Assembly (NCBI GenBank): GCA_963667015.2
Contig: CAXXJJ010000001.1
Coordinates: forward strand, 2,368,001 to 2,432,000
Direction of reading: 5' to 3'
Length of the DNA stretch: 64,000 nucleotides
DNA from: Desulfatiglandales bacterium
GTDB taxonomy: Bacteria; Desulfobacterota; DSM-4660; Desulfatiglandales; HGW-15
The position numbers were made by a program, and so were the translations under genes. Positions within the stretch are counted from its first letter, which is position 1. Every line of letters begins with the position of its first letter. Positions 19,408 through 29,411 of the stretch are shown piece after piece. The notes below the pieces were generated by a model. That model worked only from the letters and a program-made list of their open reading frames with translations. It was not told the origin of the DNA and did no database searches.

Positions 19408-19812
19408 ATGGATAAAATTATGAAAAGACCTCCCCTGGCAAATGCCGAACTTGCAATTATGAAGCTGTTGTGGCAGCAGGATCGAATGACTGCCCGTGAA
19501 ATACGTGAAGAGCTCTATCCTGATGAAAAGAAGGCGCAGCACGGCACAGTTCAAAGACTTCTCCAGCGTCTTGAAGAGAAGGGCTATGTTACCCGTGATC
19601 GCGGCTTGAGTATTCATTTTTTTTCAGCCGCCATTGACCGTAGGGATTACGCAGGCAGCCAGTTGGAGTCACTTGCATCCAGACTGACCGGTGGATCTTT
19701 AACACCGCTCATTACCCATTTTGTGGAAAAGAAAAAACTATCCCGTGATGATCTTAAAGAACTAAGGGCGATCCTTGACCAGGGGCTTGAAAAGGAGACA
19801 GAGGATGATTGA
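19408..19812 (+). CDS. BlaI/MecI/CopY family transcriptional repressor
   Basis: AELAIMKLLW, TVQRLLQRLEEKGYV, GGSLTPLI. Confidence 0.9.
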   Translation: MDKIMKRPPLANAELAIMKLLWQQDRMTAREIREELYPDEKKAQHGTVQRLLQRLEEKGYVTRDRGLSIHFFSAAIDRRDYAGSQLESLASRLTGGSLTPLITHFVEKKKLSRDDLKELRAILDQGLEKETEDD

Positions 19813-21589
19813 TTTTCTTTTTAAGATTGCCTTAAACAATGTTTTTATATCTCTTGTTCTGGCAATAGTGGCTTTGATTGTTGGGAAGACTCTCAAACGA
19901 CCTGTTCTTACGCACATGTTGTGGTTGCTGGTCTTTATAAAATTATTGATTCCTCCCTTGGTAATGGTCCCGGTCATTCCAAAGCCGTCAATTAATAAAG
20001 CCACTCCCGCTGTCAACTTGAGCTTAAACAAACTGCAGGACACGAAGAGTTTTGAGTCAGGTGATATTGGAGACCCAACATCTTCATCACAGGAAACAAA
20101 AGCATTTATTCCAGCCCATGGTAAACAATTGTTGTTTTTTCTATGGCTGACTGGAAGCATTGCTTTTTTTCTATGGTCGATATTTCAGGCCTTTCGCTTT
20201 AATCAGCTGTTAAAAAGGGAATCTGAAACAGCTCCTCCCGGGATACAGTCAATCGCTCGTAATGCCGCTTCATGTCTCGGGCTTAAGGCTTCCCCCTTAA
20301 TCCTTACTACACCTGCAAATATATCGCCTATGGTATGGTGGATCGGCGGCAGATTATGGCTTGTAATTCCTGCTACCCTGGTTGAGAGAATGGATGCGGA
20401 ACAACTGCAGTTGATTCTTTCTCATGAACTGGCACATATCAGCCGTTGGGATTACCTGTGCCGCTGGATAGAGTGGATGGCCTGTGTGTGCTTCTGGTGG
20501 AATCCAGTGGTCTGGTGGGCCAGAAATAACCTGCGAGTCAATGAAGAGATATGTTGTGATGAACTGGTTCTTTCAAGTATAAAACCCGAACCCTACCTCT
20601 ATGGTGATACACTGTTAAAGGCGATCGATATTCTCCTGTGTACACCCAGGTTTCAGATGGCAATGGCAAGTAACTTCAGCGGAGGAGATCCTCTTAAAAG
20701 AAGATTGAAACTCATTATTTCAAAAAAACAAGGCAGATCGAAGTTACTCTGGTTGAATGCATGTATCCTAATTGCAGCCGTGGTCCTGCTTCCACTTAGA
20801 ATCATGCAGGCCAAAGAGGATGATAATAATGAATTTGAGCATCGCCTGACTGTTATGGAAAAGGAACTGGAAAAGACCAGTAAAAAACTATCCGAAGAGC
20901 TGTCTCAAAAAGCGGATTATAAAAAGGCAAATGATTTAATGGGAAAAAGCAGGGCAGCTAAAAAAGCTCAGGATGAAACCCTGCAAAGTATGCTCCAAAG
21001 CTACGATCCCCTGTTTAAAAAGCTGAACATATCAAGGGAAGATTTTGATGAACTTAAAGGCATACTGGCTGATAGAATGGATGAGATTCAAGATACAATT
21101 CTGCCATATACTAATACTGCATCGAGTGAAGAAAGAGCGGATTTTAATCAGAAGAAAAGAGAGATCGACTATAAGTACATGAACAGGGTCCATGACTTTT
21201 TAGGAGAAGAAAAAAGCGGGATATATACTGCCTACATAAAAAGACTGCCGGAGCGAAGCAGCATAGATATTTTTATGGATTCCCTATCTCCTGAAAACAG
21301 AATAAGTGAAGAGCAGATGGAGCCTCTTATAGATGTTATGTATACAGCTCGAAAAGCAATTTATGACGAAATGGGCCCGGATATAGATATATACTCATCA
21401 TCCGAACTAACCGAAGAAAATATAACACGCGAAATGATAAAAACAAAACGGGTTCATGATAAATATGTGGAAGCAAGCCGCAGCGTACTTCCACCCGAAC
21501 AGGCAGGGCAATATGAAACACACCTTGGCAGAATACGTGATTTTACAGAGTCAATAATGAAAACACGCCTGTTTATGAACAATAAATAA
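19805..21589 (+). CDS. BlaR1/MecR1-type M56 metallopeptidase signal transducer with an unrecognised helical C-terminal domain
   Basis: LWLLVFIKLLIPP, HELAH, WWNPVVW, EEICCD, LKRRL; GAGG RBS favours ATG 19805, overlapping the blaI stop. Confidence 0.9.
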   Translation: MIDFLFKIALNNVFISLVLAIVALIVGKTLKRPVLTHMLWLLVFIKLLIPPLVMVPVIPKPSINKATPAVNLSLNKLQDTKSFESGDIGDPTSSSQETKAFIPAHGKQLLFFLWLTGSIAFFLWSIFQAFRFNQLLKRESETAPPGIQSIARNAASCLGLKASPLILTTPANISPMVWWIGGRLWLVIPATLVERMDAEQLQLILSHELAHISRWDYLCRWIEWMACVCFWWNPVVWWARNNLRVNEEICCDELVLSSIKPEPYLYGDTLLKAIDILLCTPRFQMAMASNFSGGDPLKRRLKLIISKKQGRSKLLWLNACILIAAVVLLPLRIMQAKEDDNNEFEHRLTVMEKELEKTSKKLSEELSQKADYKKANDLMGKSRAAKKAQDETLQSMLQSYDPLFKKLNISREDFDELKGILADRMDEIQDTILPYTNTASSEERADFNQKKREIDYKYMNRVHDFLGEEKSGIYTAYIKRLPERSSIDIFMDSLSPENRISEEQMEPLIDVMYTARKAIYDEMGPDIDIYSSSELTEENITREMIKTKRVHDKYVEASRSVLPPEQAGQYETHLGRIRDFTESIMKTRLFMNNK

Positions 21590-21623
21590 ATATGGATAGA
21601 GATGAACTGTTGCGGAGGTAACC

Positions 21624-22595
21624 ATGACTGCTAAAATACTGTTTGTGAAAACTATATATTCTATTGCAGGTCTGTTGATTATGGCATCAATCGGATTCAA
21701 TATTTATCAATATCAGCGGAATAATAAATTATCCCAAATATCTGTTCCCAAAAAAATCACGAAAAATAAATCCACCAGGGATTATGATCCTGTACCTGAA
21801 TTTAGAGAAGAAAAAAACAAAACAGGCGGAATAGATAAACTTGTAAGCAACCTGAATGCTGCAGAAGAAGAGCTCAATATAGCAAGTAAAAAACTATCTG
21901 AAGAGCTGACTCAAAAAGCGGAGTTTAGGAAGGCAGATGATAAACTGGGAAAAAGCAGAATTGTTAAAAAAACTCAGGTTGAAACCCTTAAAAGTATACT
22001 CAACAGTTACGATCCCCTTAAAGAAAAGCTGGACATGTCAAAGGAAGAATTTGATGCCTTTAAAGGCATACTGGCTGAGAGAATGGATGAGATTCAAGAT
22101 ACAATTCTGCCCAATATTAATGCAGCTTCTGATGAAGAAAAAGCGGATATGAATATGAAGCGGACAGAGATAAACAACAGATACTGGGAGAAGATCAATA
22201 ATTTTTTAGGAGAAGAAAAAAGTCGGATATATCTATCCTACCAGCAAAGAGAACCGGAGCGAAGCAGTATAAACGCCTTAATGGAAATGGTACCTCCTGA
22301 AAGTAGAATAAGTGAAGAGAAAACCGAATCTCTAATAGATTCCATGTATGATGCACGAAAAGCAATTTATGACGAAATGGGACCCGATATAAATATATAC
22401 TCATCATCTGAATTAACCGAAGAAAGCATAATACATGAAATGGAAAAAACAAATCGGGTTCACGATAAATATTTAGAAGCAAGCCGTAGTATACTGCCTG
22501 CCGAACAGGTAGAGCTATATGAAGCATACCTTAACAAGCTTCGTGATTTCTCGGAATCAATGATGAAAACACGCATATTTATGAACAATAATTAA
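21624..22595 (+). CDS. Membrane-anchored helical protein, paralog of the M56 C-terminal domain
   Basis: N-terminal TM helix; colinear with M56 C-terminus (SKKLSEEL, SYDPL, RMDEIQDTILP, ARKAIYDEMGPDI). Confidence 0.85.
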   Translation: MTAKILFVKTIYSIAGLLIMASIGFNIYQYQRNNKLSQISVPKKITKNKSTRDYDPVPEFREEKNKTGGIDKLVSNLNAAEEELNIASKKLSEELTQKAEFRKADDKLGKSRIVKKTQVETLKSILNSYDPLKEKLDMSKEEFDAFKGILAERMDEIQDTILPNINAASDEEKADMNMKRTEINNRYWEKINNFLGEEKSRIYLSYQQREPERSSINALMEMVPPESRISEEKTESLIDSMYDARKAIYDEMGPDINIYSSSELTEESIIHEMEKTNRVHDKYLEASRSILPAEQVELYEAYLNKLRDFSESMMKTRIFMNNN

Positions 22596-22603
22596 TCATC
22601 TAT

Positions 22604-23614
22604 ATGGAGATAGTTGTGAACACTCAAAAATTGATCATAAGAGTTGTATATAGTTTAGCAGGCTTGTTGTTTATTACTTCAATAGGTATTAATATTTTTC
22701 AGCATCAGCAATTCAGGAAATTAACAGCACTTAGTCCCGAAAAAAATATAAAAGGAGTATCTGTTAACGATTCATATAATGTTTCCGGACCTGCTCCGGC
22801 AATCAAAGCAGAAAAATCTAATACAAGTAAAAACAATGAACTTCAATATCACCTGGAGGCTGCTCAAGAAGAACTGGAAATGACAAATGAACAATTAGCT
22901 GAAGAGCAGTCTAAAAAAGAAGAGTATAAAAGGGCAAGAGCACAGCTTTCAAAGAGTTTATCATCATCAGATCCTGCCAGACAAAAAAGGTTAAGAAAAA
23001 TATTCACAGGGACAATAGAAAAAACCTACGACCCTCTGTTTAAAAAGCTGGATATACCAATTGAAGAATTTAATAAAGTTAAAACTATACTGATTGATAG
23101 AGAAATGGAGCTCAGTAAATTGCTTGGCCCCTATTCCAGCGCTTCAACAAAGGAAGAAAAAGATGTGATAGTCCAGCAGGAAAAGGCAATATATGCTGAC
23201 TATCATGATAAGGTCGGTGATTTTCTTGGCGAAGATAAAAATGAAATATACCGATCCTACGTGGACAGGATTACAGAGAGAATTAAGATAAGAGAATATA
23301 TGGAAACAGTATCCTCTGAAAAGAAAATAGGTGAAGAAAAAATAGAGAATCTCATAGATTCAATGTATGTTGCACGAAAAGCTGCATATGACGAAATGAA
23401 TTATGAACCTGAAACAATCTCATCCTCTGATATAACTGAGGATAAAGCAAAGCAGATCATGGAAATAACAGCACGAATATACAAAGGGTATTTGGAAGCC
23501 GGCCGCGATATCATGCCACCCGAATTGGCAGAAGATTATAAAGTCTACCTGAAAGAAGAGCTTGAGATGGAGGAAGCATCGCTGAAAATGGATTTATATC
23601 TGAATGATAAATAG
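22604..23614 (+). CDS. Second, more diverged membrane-anchored paralog of the same domain
   Basis: N-terminal TM helix; YDPLFKKLD, FLGEDK, LIDSMYVARKAAYDEM. Confidence 0.85.
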   Translation: MEIVVNTQKLIIRVVYSLAGLLFITSIGINIFQHQQFRKLTALSPEKNIKGVSVNDSYNVSGPAPAIKAEKSNTSKNNELQYHLEAAQEELEMTNEQLAEEQSKKEEYKRARAQLSKSLSSSDPARQKRLRKIFTGTIEKTYDPLFKKLDIPIEEFNKVKTILIDREMELSKLLGPYSSASTKEEKDVIVQQEKAIYADYHDKVGDFLGEDKNEIYRSYVDRITERIKIREYMETVSSEKKIGEEKIENLIDSMYVARKAAYDEMNYEPETISSSDITEDKAKQIMEITARIYKGYLEAGRDIMPPELAEDYKVYLKEELEMEEASLKMDLYLNDK

Positions 23615-23709
23615 TAATTAATTCTGAACCGCTAATGTACGTGAATGCAAACTAATTTTTGCATTCGTGTTTATTAGTGTTAGAACAAGATAAAAGGAGG
23701 AAATGCCTT

Positions 23710-24066
23710 ATGAAAAACTTAGTTTTTATTTTTGTGAGTTGTATGTTTTTCCAGATTAATGTAAATGCAGGCCAGTATTTTGAAAACGATAAAATATCCT
23801 TTAGCTATCCGGATGAAGCAGAAATACTTGAGACAAACGAAAAAGAAACTCTTGTTTATCATCTGAGATGCAAAAAATCTACTATTATGATTACTCTCTC
23901 ACTCTCTCCCCGTTCTGAGGCTGCGCTAAAACCAATGGCGGATAGTATATTTGCCAAAATGAAAGAAAGCATGACAAGATCAGGCGTAGAGAATGTAAAA
24001 TTTGAACAATCGGATCTTATAATACTGAAAAATAAAATAGTGCCCAAAAAAACAACCAGAACATGA
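23710..24066 (+). CDS. Hypothetical exported protein, possibly truncated
   Basis: AGGAGG RBS, signal peptide, ISFSYP motif; ends 10 nt before the IS. Confidence 0.55.
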   Translation: MKNLVFIFVSCMFFQINVNAGQYFENDKISFSYPDEAEILETNEKETLVYHLRCKKSTIMITLSLSPRSEAALKPMADSIFAKMKESMTRSGVENVKFEQSDLIILKNKIVPKKTTRT

Positions 24067-24076
24067 TGCTATCTAG

Positions 24077-25773
24077 TGTCCATCCAGAAACAGGCGTTTT
24101 TGCTAGACATAGCAAAAAACGGGGTCTGGAAAGAGTCTCCAATATAGCATCAGCAGGCCTTTTAAGCGCTGACATCAACTCATTTAGGCCAAAATAGGTT
24201 AATTTAAAAACACTTATCCCATCTTTTTATGTGATGATTTTTATAAATGTCCTGTTTTCTATGAGTTTGCAAAAACCTCACTTCTGGCTAATGTCAGCAG
24301 GTTCGCAGAGACAATCGACGCCCATACATAACTTTTAAAAGAACGATGTGATTTCCAGGTGCACCTTGATAATCCGAAGCATCTTTTAAGCCAGGATATA
24401 CCTGATTCTATTCCAGCCCGGAATCTCCTTAGACGCTTATATACCCATGTGCTTCTACACATATCTTCTTCTTTAAGCCCACGTTTCTTTGCGAAACATA
24501 CATCTGTTATACCCTTTGTTTTTGCGGCTTCGAGATTTTCCTTTGAAGCAAATCCGCCATCCAGGGCAGTTTTTACAGGATAATCTCCATATATATCTTT
24601 ATGACGATCCAGCATTTGACCAGTAAGATCAGCATCAGCAGGATTGCCGTCAAGTATCATACAATCGGTTATCAGGTTTGATGCTCCTCCGCTCAGGCAG
24701 ATTTTATGGCCGTAATATGTATCCCTGCGATCCTTTTTTATTATGTCTGTATGAGGTTCAAATATAGATACTATTTTTTCAGGAGCAGGTACAGACTCTC
24801 CATTGATCACCCTTCGTGTTGTTTGATCTATCACTTTTCCAGTCAGCATGAGTATCTCTCTTAATTCTTCAACCCGGTCCTGTGCTGAATCAAATAAAAC
24901 AGGGGATACCAATGCAGGGTCTTCGAGTAGAGATATCGCTTTTTGTGCATAACTGACTGTGTCATGAGTTACCTTCAGAAGATCCTTGTATTTTTGCTTG
25001 CGAACCTTTTTATTCTTGGCGTTCATTACACCAAGCATTCTTCTTTTGGCTCTTCTGGTATGATCGGTATAAGATATATTCAAGTCCCTGAACTGTTCTT
25101 TGATCTTGCTTAGCATCCTTGTAAGAACACGCACTGAATCCCAAAGAAGACTTGAATCTGTTGGCTCATGGATATTGGACGAAACCACTGTGCAATCAAT
25201 TCTTGTTTGTTTTCCTCTTTCAATCTTTTTGTCCTGACCATATGCAACAAGAAGTCGATTAATGGCTTCCAGTGTCTCAGGTGATATAGCTTTTATATTG
25301 CTGCATAAGGCAGACTTTTGAAAACCTTTATCTGCAAAGCCTATTCTGCAAAAGGATCGGTAACTGACGGAATCCATCAGATGGAAAACAAGTTCTTCAT
25401 AGCTGTATTCTTGTGTCTGTTTTACGATAGCTGCTCGAATGACTTGCTCTGCACTCATTCCTTGTGCCCCGGTATTAATAAGGTTCTTGTCATGTGTAAG
25501 ATCTTGCAATACCCATTCGTTAATGATAGGGTTCTCATCAAGTATGTCGCTGATTACCTGCAATTCTTTTGCATGGGGATGATCGATTCTTTTTATCATG
25601 AGCGGCAGTTGTTTTTGATTCTTTTTGCGCATTTTTTGGTGGCCCCTTTCTTGGCTTTTGCTGTTATATCAATTGCTTGCACTTTTTTTATAACAACTTT
25701 AACTGGAATTTGTCCACCTTAAAATGCGCTTTTTTCCTTTTTATTTCAATTAATTATCCTTTCTGGATGGACA
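24077..25773 (-). mobile_element. Insertion sequence (ISNCY/IS5-like), apparently complete
   Basis: Terminal inverted repeats TGTCCATCCAGAAA (24077-90 / 25760-73), flanked by 8-bp direct repeat CTATCTAG (24069-76, 25774-81). Confidence 0.9.
24259..25632 (-). CDS. DDE transposase (ISNCY / IS5-like)
   Basis: RIDCTVV, KIVSIFEPHTDII, YGHK, LDGGFAS, RFRAGIESGISWLKR. Confidence 0.9.
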   Translation of the reverse strand: MRKKNQKQLPLMIKRIDHPHAKELQVISDILDENPIINEWVLQDLTHDKNLINTGAQGMSAEQVIRAAIVKQTQEYSYEELVFHLMDSVSYRSFCRIGFADKGFQKSALCSNIKAISPETLEAINRLLVAYGQDKKIERGKQTRIDCTVVSSNIHEPTDSSLLWDSVRVLTRMLSKIKEQFRDLNISYTDHTRRAKRRMLGVMNAKNKKVRKQKYKDLLKVTHDTVSYAQKAISLLEDPALVSPVLFDSAQDRVEELREILMLTGKVIDQTTRRVINGESVPAPEKIVSIFEPHTDIIKKDRRDTYYGHKICLSGGASNLITDCMILDGNPADADLTGQMLDRHKDIYGDYPVKTALDGGFASKENLEAAKTKGITDVCFAKKRGLKEEDMCRSTWVYKRLRRFRAGIESGISWLKRCFGLSRCTWKSHRSFKSYVWASIVSANLLTLARSEVFANS

Positions 25774-25977
25774 CTATCTAGCAGTATTTTAAATCCTCTG
25801 ACCTCTTCTTTATCCCTTTCCATTGTAAATTAATTTACTGAGTATCACTGGCTTCAACTTGAAACATATGATATTAAATTTCCCTTTATTTCTGTATTTA
25901 GAGAAAAAATATATGAATTTGTTGTCAGTGTTAATGAAGAGATTGGTGATTTAAAAAAATATTAAGGAGAAAGTTTT

Positions 25978-27135
25978 ATGGGTAATTTTGATCATCTGTT
26001 TTATGAATTCACTCCCCAGGAGACTCACTGGGGTGACTGGTGTCATTCTCCGCAGGCATATTTCAGGGGTGATGTTGATATGCCGGGCGCCAATATGAAT
26101 GTAGGGTTCCAGGTATTTAAGGCTCCGGTTTTCCTTGAAAGGGAGCCCCATTTCCACAGGGAAGAGGAATACCTGGTATTCCTGGGTGCCAAACTCCCTG
26201 ACGTGTTCAGTTCATTTGATGCGGAGATAGAGTTTTTCATGGGGCCGACCCTTGACTCTATGGAAAAGATCGTCATAACAAAATCTACTATCATTCGTAT
26301 TCCTCCATGTATGTGGCATTGCCCCCTTGATTTTAAGATTATGAACAAACCTGTCTTGTTTCAGGCCGTGTTAATGCACGGAAAGTTCGGTTCAGTCAAG
26401 CTCAGGAAGAACAAGGACGGTATGAACGAGTACCTTTACCTGGGCGATGAGGCACGGCCATGCGTACTCAATGCGGAAAAGACCTGCAACTATTGCGGTA
26501 AATGCTTTGACCGCGACGCGGTTGTGGAAGACCGTGAAAATGCCTCTGAACCTTACTGGACAGTAAAGACAGGGGAATTGAGCGATCAGATCCGGCAGCT
26601 CGTATGTGAAGTTCCGCCGGAGAACACAAAATGGGGTGACTGGTGCCCTACGCCCCAGGCCTACTTCAGGGGCGAGACCTATATGCCCGGAGCAAACTAT
26701 CATGTCGGTTTCCAGATATTTACAGCGGAAAACGATATGGAGGAATCCCATTTTCATCAGGGTGTTGACGAATACATATTTTTTATGGGCGCTGACCCCA
26801 TGAATATCTTTGATTTTGATGCTGAAATCGATTTTTATATTGGCAATGATCCGGATAACATGGAGATCTACAAGATTACTAAACCTACGGTTGTAAGACT
26901 GCCGCCAACGGTCTGGCACAGTCCGATTCTGTTCAGGAAGATGAATAAGCCCTTGTTGTTCCAGGCAGCCTTCCTTGCCGGATGCTGGGGTACGATCTAC
27001 AGGATCAAGGATAAGAACGGTAATCCTGTATATGCCTATACAGGCGATAATGTTCGTATGTGCAGGGTAAGGCCGGGAGAAAAATGTACGATTTGCGGTC
27101 AGTGTATGCCGCAGATTCCCTCTCTGGAAGAATAA
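25978..27135 (+). CDS. Tandem-duplicated cupin-like protein, each half ending in a 4-Cys motif
   Basis: Two repeats: WGDWC..PQAYFRG, HFH...EY..F.G, PP..WH.P; CVLNAEKTCNYCGKC / CRVRPGEKCTICGQC. Confidence 0.75.
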   Translation: MGNFDHLFYEFTPQETHWGDWCHSPQAYFRGDVDMPGANMNVGFQVFKAPVFLEREPHFHREEEYLVFLGAKLPDVFSSFDAEIEFFMGPTLDSMEKIVITKSTIIRIPPCMWHCPLDFKIMNKPVLFQAVLMHGKFGSVKLRKNKDGMNEYLYLGDEARPCVLNAEKTCNYCGKCFDRDAVVEDRENASEPYWTVKTGELSDQIRQLVCEVPPENTKWGDWCPTPQAYFRGETYMPGANYHVGFQIFTAENDMEESHFHQGVDEYIFFMGADPMNIFDFDAEIDFYIGNDPDNMEIYKITKPTVVRLPPTVWHSPILFRKMNKPLLFQAAFLAGCWGTIYRIKDKNGNPVYAYTGDNVRMCRVRPGEKCTICGQCMPQIPSLEE

Positions 27136-27143
27136 TTAGTAAT

Positions 27144-27178
27144 ATTGAAGAGACAGGTCAAAAACCTGTCTCTTCAAT
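27144..27178. terminator. Hairpin between convergent genes
   Basis: ATTGAAGAGACAGGT-CAAAA-ACCTGTCTCTTCAAT, perfect 15-bp stem. Confidence 0.8.
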
Positions 27179-27194
27179 GTCGGTATCAAACTAC

Positions 27195-28058
27195 CTACTT
27201 TTTGTTAATTTCGTTAACATTTCCCCTGAAAGCCGACTGCAGCATATGAGTAAGGGTATGGGCATAGCGTAACTTCCCGTTTTCCAGCTTGAAAAGATGG
27301 CTGTCAGGGGCACCCATCTGGCCGTCTGGACTGCTCGGGCCAAAGGTACAGAACACCTGTACTGTACCCGTAACCTCATCCACAATAAAACGGCGGTTTG
27401 TTATATTTACTCCGGCTGGAACACCAACTTCACAGCTGTCATCAGCGTTTCCTTTACCTGTGTAAGCACCGCCTTCAATACGAACACATGGAAATCCCCA
27501 TGGCACAAGATCAAGTTTTCCCTCAAGAAATGCGTCCAGATAAGCATTTGCCGCAAAAACCAGGGCTCCCCTGGAGCTTCGCTTTTCTACAGGAAGGGGA
27601 CCCCAGTCTTCCATTTTTGCATACTTGAGATAATCATCCGCATTAAAAAGCCAGTAACCGGTTGTTGTCCAGAGGGTCTCTATCTCGGCAATTTTATCAT
27701 GGTTGATACGCATGCGTGTTCCAAAGACATATGGTTTTTCCTTATTTGTTACAATCACCTCGGTAAAGGTCTGACATGAATCCTCATCATATATGCTTGA
27801 ATGATAATCAATCTTCATAGCTTCATTAAGCAAACCCTTATTTATGTCAGCTGGTTTCATATTTTCCAGGTAACTCACCATAACCCCAAATGGCAGGCTG
27901 GAAATATCACCTTTGGTCTGTGCATCAATGTACTGGGCTACTGCACGCTTTAGACCTCCCCGCGTACAGGAAAGCTCTTCTGCTGCAAAGCTGTTTATGG
28001 GGATAATTAATGAGCATAAAAACACGAATAGCATCAAGGTTAATGTAGTACGTCTCAT
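27195..28058 (-). CDS. Secreted hypothetical protein (possibly NTF2/SnoaL-like folds)
   Basis: Signal peptide, GGAGG RBS, AANAYLDAF, CVRIEGG, PDSHLFKLENGKLRYAHT. Confidence 0.7.
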   Translation of the reverse strand: MRRTTLTLMLFVFLCSLIIPINSFAAEELSCTRGGLKRAVAQYIDAQTKGDISSLPFGVMVSYLENMKPADINKGLLNEAMKIDYHSSIYDEDSCQTFTEVIVTNKEKPYVFGTRMRINHDKIAEIETLWTTTGYWLFNADDYLKYAKMEDWGPLPVEKRSSRGALVFAANAYLDAFLEGKLDLVPWGFPCVRIEGGAYTGKGNADDSCEVGVPAGVNITNRRFIVDEVTGTVQVFCTFGPSSPDGQMGAPDSHLFKLENGKLRYAHTLTHMLQSAFRGNVNEINKK

Positions 28059-28382
28059 GGAATTCCTCCTTACTGTTCTATTGATTGGTTAGCTGGCTGT
28101 TATTTATCTTAGGACTATTTTTAACAATCTTTACTAAATATTAGATATCGTCTTATTTTTCAACCAAATTTAATAAAGTTCAGAGAATTCTTTAGAATAC
28201 ACTTAGAATTTTCTACACAGTTTAGAAGTTGACAAGCATTAACGGGAGACTTACTCTTTTTGTATGTAAAATCATGTCTGTAAAGGTTCATTAAACTGGA
28301 ATTGATTCACTGTCTTAGAAGGGCATTTTTTTGGGGAAAATAATATTTCCAGAAATTCTCAATTAAAGCATTGGAGGGAGCC

Positions 28383-29102
28383 ATGAAAAATCCAATTTAT
28401 AATCAAGTTTTTCATTTCAAACGGTTCAGCGGTCTGTTTTTGCTGATTATCCTGATCAGCGGGGGCATTGCTTTTGGCGCAGGAGGGGATAATCTGAAAA
28501 AGGGTGATGTGACGACTGATGGACTGACAGTTATAAAGTCTACCAGGCTTACGGAAACACAAATTAAAAAAGACGTTAACTGGTCAGAATATACTAAATA
28601 TCAAATCACTCCGGCCGAGGTTAGTTTTCGAAAGAACTGGAAGCGAGATCAAAATCGTGAACAGAAGAGCCTTTTGACGAAGGTAACCGATAAGGACATG
28701 TTAAGGATAAAGGAAACAGTGGCCAAAATTGTGCATGAAGAATTTGACAGGACCCTTCAGGATAAGGGCGGTTTGACAGCTACAGACGAGGCCGATTCAA
28801 ACACCCTGCTTTTTAAGCCCAGAATTATTAACCTGGACGTATATGCCCCGGATGTAGAAAGCGCGCCTCCCCTTTCCCATAACTATGTAAAACAGGCCGG
28901 TCGGGCTACATTGTTTCTGGAAGTATATGATGCTGTCAGCGGAGAAATACTCGGCCGATGGGTAGACACCCGTGAAGATTCAGACAGGGGTTATTTTGAA
29001 TGGGCGAATAGAATAACCAATGCGGAAAGGGTAAGATCTATTGTTAACCACTGGGCCAGTCGTATGGTTGAAGGGATTGATAAAATAGAGGCTGCTAATT
29101 AG
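28383..29102 (+). CDS. DUF3313-like periplasmic protein
   Basis: DGL, PRIINLDVYAPD, ATLFLEVYDAVSGEILGR. Confidence 0.7.
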   Translation: MKNPIYNQVFHFKRFSGLFLLIILISGGIAFGAGGDNLKKGDVTTDGLTVIKSTRLTETQIKKDVNWSEYTKYQITPAEVSFRKNWKRDQNREQKSLLTKVTDKDMLRIKETVAKIVHEEFDRTLQDKGGLTATDEADSNTLLFKPRIINLDVYAPDVESAPPLSHNYVKQAGRATLFLEVYDAVSGEILGRWVDTREDSDRGYFEWANRITNAERVRSIVNHWASRMVEGIDKIEAAN

Positions 29103-29411
29103 TTTCCATCCATAAACGGCTCTTTTTCACAATCTCTGCGTCAATCTGCGGAATGACTTGTGCGATGTACTAAAGTACATCTCCGCGCCATTCCTTGATT
29201 TCCTTGATCTTGTAAAAAATATCTTGTTTATGAATTGGAAACTAGCAGTGCCCTTAAATAGTTTATGGATGGGCACTAGCAGTTTCCATTCATAAAAATG
29301 CTGTTTGGAAGAGCCAGCGATCAACCTTCAGTTGACAACTCAATCTCCTGAAAGCTGATCGCTGACATTGGTGGGCTAAGATCCAAAAAACAGGGTTTTG
29401 GATAAATATCA
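29100..29411. mobile_element. Tandem MITE-like elements with ends resembling the ISNCY terminal repeat
   Basis: TAGTTTCCATCCATAAAC(29100) ... GTTTATGAATTGGAAACTA(29244); TTTATGGATGGGCACTAG(29262-79); AGTTTCCATTCATAAA(29281). Confidence 0.6.

Noticed and set aside
19805..21589. Beta-lactam resistance locus
   Set aside because: No penicillin-binding domain or beta-lactamase is present
23628..23682. Imperfect hairpin CGCTAAT...GAATGCAAA/TTTGCATTC...ATTAGTG
   Set aside because: Probably a degenerate intergenic repeat or terminator; single copy here, so not supportable further
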